The position numbers and the translations under genes are program-made. Positions 37,597-41,726 of a stretch of DNA of 41,726 nt are shown here, piece after piece; the stretch's first letter is position 1; every line of letters begins with the position of its first letter. Origin of the DNA: an uncultured Bacilli bacterium (lineage in GTDB: Bacteria; Bacillota_I; Bacilli_A; RF39; UBA660). A model generated the notes under the pieces. That model was given only the letters and a program-made list of their open reading frames with translations, had not been told where the DNA came from and made no database searches. The stretch lies in assembly GCA_947632625.1 (NCBI GenBank), contig CANRPZ010000001.1:1-41726 (forward strand), given 5' to 3'.

Positions 37597-37702
37597 AAAA
37601 ACCTCCCCTAAAATTTACTATCTTTTGTTTATATTACCCTTTTCGAATTTATTATAGCAAATATATCGGGGTTATGCTATAATTTTTTTGGAGGTATTTA
37701 TA

Positions 37703-38092
37703 ATGATAAAGGAATTTAAGGAATTTATTTCACGTGGCAACGTTGTTGATTTAGCTGTCGGTGTTATTATCGGAGGTGCTTTTAGTACAATCGTTTCTAG
37801 TTTAGTTGATGATATTTTAATGCCTATCATTGGAATGATTCTTGGTGGTATTAATTTTAGTGGTTTATCAATTACTCTTGGAAATGCCCATATTATGTAT
37901 GGAGCGTTTATTCAAAATGTTATTGATTTTCTAATTGTTGCCTTTTGTGTTTTCCTATTTGTTAAATTCGTAAATGAATTATCTAAAATAGGACATCGTA
38001 ACAAAAAAGAAGAAAAAGCTGAAGTTGTAGAAACAGAACTTTCCATTTTAAAAGAAATACGTGACGAATTAAAAGTTAAAAAGGCTAAATAA
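37703..38092 (+). CDS. mscL: Large-conductance mechanosensitive channel
   Basis: [27 protein letters not shown] is the canonical MscL N-terminus. GGAGG lies 8 nt upstream and TGCTATAAT further upstream. Confidence 0.92.
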   Translation: MIKEFKEFISRGNVVDLAVGVIIGGAFSTIVSSLVDDILMPIIGMILGGINFSGLSITLGNAHIMYGAFIQNVIDFLIVAFCVFLFVKFVNELSKIGHRNKKEEKAEVVETELSILKEIRDELKVKKAK

Positions 38093-38138
38093 AGGCCTTT
38101 TTTTACTTTAAAAATAGAAAATAGAATGAGGAATTTAT

Positions 38139-39539
38139 ATGTATGATGTTGTAATTGTAGGTGCTGGTCCTGCTGGATTATTCGCCTCTTATGAACTAGC
38201 GATGAAAAGCCATTTAAAAATTTTATTAATTGATAAGGGAAGATACGCAAGCACTAGATCTTGTCCAATGAAAAAAACAGGCGAATGTCATAATTGCCCT
38301 ACTTGTGCTATCCTATCTGGATTTGGCGGGGCAGGAACCTTTTCAGATGGAAAACTTAATTTTATTCCCAAACTTGGAAAATCAAATTTATTTAAATATC
38401 TAGAACAAAGTGAAGCTTACCAGCTAATTGATGATACAGAAGCTATATTTAATAAATTTGGAATGGATTCTGAAATCTATCCTAAAGATATAGAGGAGGC
38501 CAAAATTTGGGAAGAAAAAATTGCTCGCGTGGGAGCAAATTTATTAATTATTAAACAAAAACATTTAGGAAGCGATAAACTACCGGAATATATTACGAAT
38601 TTTACTGAATTTTTAAAAGAGAAAAACGTAGATATGCTTGAAAATACCGAGGTTTTAGATGTAGATGTAAATGAAAAAGATGGAACTTACCATATAGTTT
38701 ATAAAGAAAAAAAGGAGCAAAAACAAATTGATGCCAAATATGTAATAATTGCTCCAGGTAGAACAGGTGCCAAATGGATGCAAGAACTCGCCGATAAATA
38801 CCAAATTTCATATACATCGCAAAGTATTGAAATTGGTGTAAGAGTTGAGGTAAGAAAAGAAATTCTTTCGACCATCACAGATGTGATTTATGACCCTACC
38901 ATATTTATAAAAACCAAGACCTACAATGACGAAATTAGAACCTTTTGTACTAATCCAGGTGGTTATGTTACTAAAGAAAATTATAATGGTTATATTTGTG
39001 TCAATGGACATGCTCTAAAAGACATAAAATCTCAAAATTCTAATTTTGCTTTTATATCTAAAGTCAACTTAACAGAACCGGTTACGAATACAAGAGAATA
39101 TGGTGAATGCATTGCCAAAATTGCTAATACTTTAGGAGCAGGAAAACCTATTGTTCAAACCCTTAGAGATTTAAGAATGGGAAGAAGAAGCAATATGGAA
39201 CGCATCAAAAAAGGATTTATTGAACCAACCTTAAAAGATGTTGTAGCAGGAGATTTAGCGCTAGTTCTGCCCCATCGTATAATTAAAAATATTATTGAAG
39301 GTTTAGATACTCTAAATGAAATTATTCCAGGCGTTAGTAATGGTGAAACTCTTCTCTATGGACCAGAAATTAAATTCTTTAGTAATGAAATTGAAACCGA
39401 TAATCATATGAAATTAAAAAATCATAATATCTATTTTATTGGAGATGGAGCTGGTAAAGCAGGTAATATCGTAACCGCCGCCGCAACGGGTTTAATTGCT
39501 GCTCGAGATATACTAAAGAATAACCAAGAAAGGAAATGA
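38139..39539 (+). CDS. FAD-dependent oxidoreductase (COG2509-like NAD(FAD)-utilising dehydrogenase)
   Basis: The N-terminal Rossmann motif is YDVVIVGAGPAGLFAS, and a C-terminal GDGAGKAGNIVTAAATG is present. Confidence 0.75.
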   Translation: MYDVVIVGAGPAGLFASYELAMKSHLKILLIDKGRYASTRSCPMKKTGECHNCPTCAILSGFGGAGTFSDGKLNFIPKLGKSNLFKYLEQSEAYQLIDDTEAIFNKFGMDSEIYPKDIEEAKIWEEKIARVGANLLIIKQKHLGSDKLPEYITNFTEFLKEKNVDMLENTEVLDVDVNEKDGTYHIVYKEKKEQKQIDAKYVIIAPGRTGAKWMQELADKYQISYTSQSIEIGVRVEVRKEILSTITDVIYDPTIFIKTKTYNDEIRTFCTNPGGYVTKENYNGYICVNGHALKDIKSQNSNFAFISKVNLTEPVTNTREYGECIAKIANTLGAGKPIVQTLRDLRMGRRSNMERIKKGFIEPTLKDVVAGDLALVLPHRIIKNIIEGLDTLNEIIPGVSNGETLLYGPEIKFFSNEIETDNHMKLKNHNIYFIGDGAGKAGNIVTAAATGLIAARDILKNNQERK

Positions 39540-39645
39540 AAATTTTCTTTTTTTATTCCTTCTTTTAGAAAACGTTATTTTAGAAAACAGAGTATGAGTC
39601 ATTTTCTTTTCACATTGCATTTGATATAATATAGAAAGTGGTAGT

Positions 39646-40293
39646 ATGAATAAGAAGTTAAGTATTCAAGATTTATTTTATATTTTTGTTATAAGTTCCA
39701 TTTTAGGTTGGTTTGTAGAACTTATATTTCTTTATATTCGTAAAGGAATATTTGTGAATCATTCTTCTTTAGTCTTGGGTCCTTTTTGCTTTGCCTATGG
39801 TTTCGGTGGTGCTCTTCTTACTCTACTTTTATATCGTTATGAAAAGCAAAATATTTTTTATATTTTCATCTTATCCTTTATAAGTGGAACGATTCTAGAA
39901 TATATTATGAGTTTTGGAATGGAACTCGTTATGGGGTTTTGTGCCTGGGATTATTCAAACCTTCCTTTAAATATCAATGGACGTGTTTGTCTTTTATATA
40001 GTTTATTTTGGGGTTTTTTAGGAATTTTTTGGATAAAAATCATCTATCCTTTGTTTAATAAGCTGAATCAAAGGCTTCATAATAAATGGGGAAAAATTGG
40101 TATGCTTCTTTTAAGTATCTTTTTAATTATTGATACCCTATTAACGATTAGTGCCTTTATAAGAGTAAAACAAAATTTAAAAGGAATCCCTCCTAAAAAT
40201 CAATATGAAATTTTTTTAGACAATCATTTTGGTTTTAACTATTTAGATAATATGTATAGTCGATTAGAAAAAATCAAGGAGGATGCCCAATGA
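39646..40293 (+). CDS. Polytopic membrane protein (putative 'ABC-transporter type IV'/DUF1113-like family)
   Basis: 215 aa with about 6 TM segments and W/F-rich motifs (ILGWFVELIF, AWDYSNLP). The stop overlaps the next ATG (ATGA). The family call is tentative. Confidence 0.5.
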   Translation: MNKKLSIQDLFYIFVISSILGWFVELIFLYIRKGIFVNHSSLVLGPFCFAYGFGGALLTLLLYRYEKQNIFYIFILSFISGTILEYIMSFGMELVMGFCAWDYSNLPLNINGRVCLLYSLFWGFLGIFWIKIIYPLFNKLNQRLHNKWGKIGMLLLSIFLIIDTLLTISAFIRVKQNLKGIPPKNQYEIFLDNHFGFNYLDNMYSRLEKIKEDAQ

Positions 40294-41378
40294 AAATTTT
40301 AGTTCTTAGTTGTTCTACAGGTGGTGGACACAATAGTGCTGCAAAAAACATCATTCAATATTTAAATAACCATCAGATAGAAACGGACTTTCAAGACTAT
40401 CTTGCTCTTTTTGATAAGAAAAAGAAAAAGATTATTGAACAATTTTACTACAAATCTTTACTAGGAAATGGTAGATTATTTGAAGGAATTTATAAATTAG
40501 GAGAACTTTATAATAAAACAAATCTTACCTCCCCAGTTTACTTATTAAACAAATATGGAAAAGAAAAAGTAAAAGAAAAAATTGAAAAAAGAGGATACGA
40601 TCTATGCCTTTGTACCCATTTATACCCTGCGCTTGCCCTTACCGCCTTAAAAAAAGAACAAGAGATTCATTTTCTTTATGTTGCTACCGATTATAAATGT
40701 ATTCCTTTTACAAACGAAATAAATGCCGATTATTATGTTATTCCAAATAAAGATTTAGAAAATGATTATTTAAAAATGGGGATAAAAAAAGAAAAACTCC
40801 TTCCCTTTGGTATTCCTGTTGAAAAACCTACCTTTAATAAAAATGAATTATGGACCAAATTAAATATAATGTATCCCAAAAATATTTTAGTCATGAGTGG
40901 TTCTATGGGATTTGGCCCTATTACAAAATTAATAAAAGAACTATTAAAAAAGATGGATACTAATACAGGACTAATTGTTATCTGTGGCCATAATCAAAAA
41001 TTGTATAAAAAACTAAAAAATATAAAAGATACACGTTTAAAAGTATTGGGTTATAGTAAAAATGTTTTAGAATATATTTTTGTGTGTAATCTTGTTTTAA
41101 CCAAACCAGGAGGTTTAACCACCACCGAAATCTCTGTTTTAAATAAACCTTTTATTCATATATTCCCTATTCCTGGTGTTGAAACGTATAATGCAAAATA
41201 TTTTCAAGAAAACCATTTAGCTTTATTAGAAACCAATAAAAAAAGAATTGCATCTACAACTCTTTTACTTTTAGAAGATAAAAGTTTACAAGAAACTCTT
41301 TCCAAAAACTTACAAGAAAAAATACCTGCTAATTCTTTAAAACAATTACATGACTTTATTTTAAAAAATTTTCTATAA
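40290..41378 (+). CDS. Diacylglycerol glycosyltransferase (MGDG synthase/UgtP-like, GT28)
   Basis: MKILVLSCSTGGGHNSAAKNI is the MGDG_synth N-terminal motif. The C-terminal LTKPGGLTTTE is the GT-B nucleotide-sugar motif. Confidence 0.75.
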   Translation: MKILVLSCSTGGGHNSAAKNIIQYLNNHQIETDFQDYLALFDKKKKKIIEQFYYKSLLGNGRLFEGIYKLGELYNKTNLTSPVYLLNKYGKEKVKEKIEKRGYDLCLCTHLYPALALTALKKEQEIHFLYVATDYKCIPFTNEINADYYVIPNKDLENDYLKMGIKKEKLLPFGIPVEKPTFNKNELWTKLNIMYPKNILVMSGSMGFGPITKLIKELLKKMDTNTGLIVICGHNQKLYKKLKNIKDTRLKVLGYSKNVLEYIFVCNLVLTKPGGLTTTEISVLNKPFIHIFPIPGVETYNAKYFQENHLALLETNKKRIASTTLLLLEDKSLQETLSKNLQEKIPANSLKQLHDFILKNFL

Positions 41379-41418
41379 AAAATTTTAGTAAATACATCAG
41401 ATTTAAAAAGCATTATCA

Positions 41419-41610
41419 TTATTTTTTCTTATAGCGATTATTATCCCTCTTATAAAGTTTTTCTAATTTTCGTTCATGGGCTTTTGCTAAAGAAATATGT
41501 TGATCATTTACAATACAAATAATAGTAAATAACAGATCAGCAAGTTCATCTTCTAAATCTTTCAAAGTTTCTCCGTCTTTTTTCTTTTTATCGCCATATA
41601 AATAATTCAT
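41419..41610 (-). CDS. MazG/YpjD-like nucleotide pyrophosphohydrolase, apparently only the C-terminal half
   Basis: LEDELADLLFTIICIVNDQHISLAKAHERKLEKLYKRD aligns by eye to the second helix pair of small MazG proteins. The first EExxE helix is absent, and an in-frame TAG lies 9 codons upstream of the ATG. Confidence 0.5.
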   Translation of the reverse strand: MNYLYGDKKKKDGETLKDLEDELADLLFTIICIVNDQHISLAKAHERKLEKLYKRDNNRYKKK

Positions 41611-41710
41611 TACTCTAGGTATAAAGAACGACTATTTAGTATAATTTTTGTAGGGAATATTAGTTGTTGAGTGTCTACCAAATCTCTTATAGAGAGGAGG
41701 TTTGATAAAG

Positions 41711-41726
41711 ATGAAAACTAAGACTT
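41711..41726 (+). CDS. Start of an unidentified CDS (runs off the window)
   Basis: GAGAGGAGG lies 10 nt upstream of ATG 41711 (MKTKT..). Confidence 0.35.

Noticed and set aside
37912-38250. Minus-strand 112-aa ORF spanning the mscL 3' end and the start of the FAD-oxidoreductase gene. Also 38602..38817, 38808..39011 and 41204..41419 on the minus strand.
   Set aside because: They are antisense to strongly supported plus-strand genes and have no RBS or recognisable motif.
39560-39600. The short direct repeat TTTTAGAAAAC x2 upstream of the 39646 gene, considered as a possible regulator binding site.
   Set aside because: It is only about 11 bp in a very AT-rich spacer. There is no partner regulator nearby and chance occurrence is plausible.
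1-41726. A search for CRISPR arrays, rRNA or tRNA genes, IS elements with terminal inverted repeats, and long tandem repeats.
   Set aside because: I could not see regularly spaced direct repeats, tRNA-like cloverleaf candidates, rRNA segments or transposase ORFs anywhere in the window. Intergenic regions are short except 7179..7500.

Overview
This is a very AT-rich Firmicutes chromosome segment from an apparent spore-former: spoIIP, gpr and a yqxA-like gene are present, and the layout looks Erysipelotrichaceae- or Clostridium-like. Most genes lie on the minus strand and most are housekeeping. They include valS behind a T-box leader, lepA, hemW, efp, rpmG, nfo, rpsT, miaA, mscL and a short dcw cluster (mraZ-rsmH-ftsL-pbpB ... 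spoVD-like ... mraY).

The main observation is that the SpoVD-like class B PBP gene is split into a 5' part (20214..21272) and a 3' part (13857..14722). A 5,508-bp element with a large serine recombinase gene at one end separates them. The element is bounded by a 6-bp direct core, GGTTAC. A perfect 13-bp inverted repeat sits exactly 9 bp inside each end. Deleting one core copy and everything between the cores joins the two parts in frame, through the codons of the catalytic SxN motif (..ENSCN|PGFVVMGQ..), giving a PBP of about 635 aa with one PASTA domain.

This architecture matches the skin/sigK-type 'intervening elements' that are excised in the mother cell during sporulation. I am not aware of spoVD being a described target. 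The cargo is a LanFEG-like ABC transporter, an extra polytopic membrane protein and a small secreted protein.

Secondary observations:
- two tandem membrane-anchored paralogs built from a repeated Cys-motif/WG-like module
- a 786-aa coiled-coil membrane protein plus a DUF1292 gene inside the dcw cluster
- a T-box (candidate Val GUU specifier) driving an HD-domain gene coupled to valS
- a textbook MraZ operator
- two unknown genes wedged between lepA and hemW
- an orphan type IV pilin gene

All calls come from reading the translations and sequence by eye. No database search was run.
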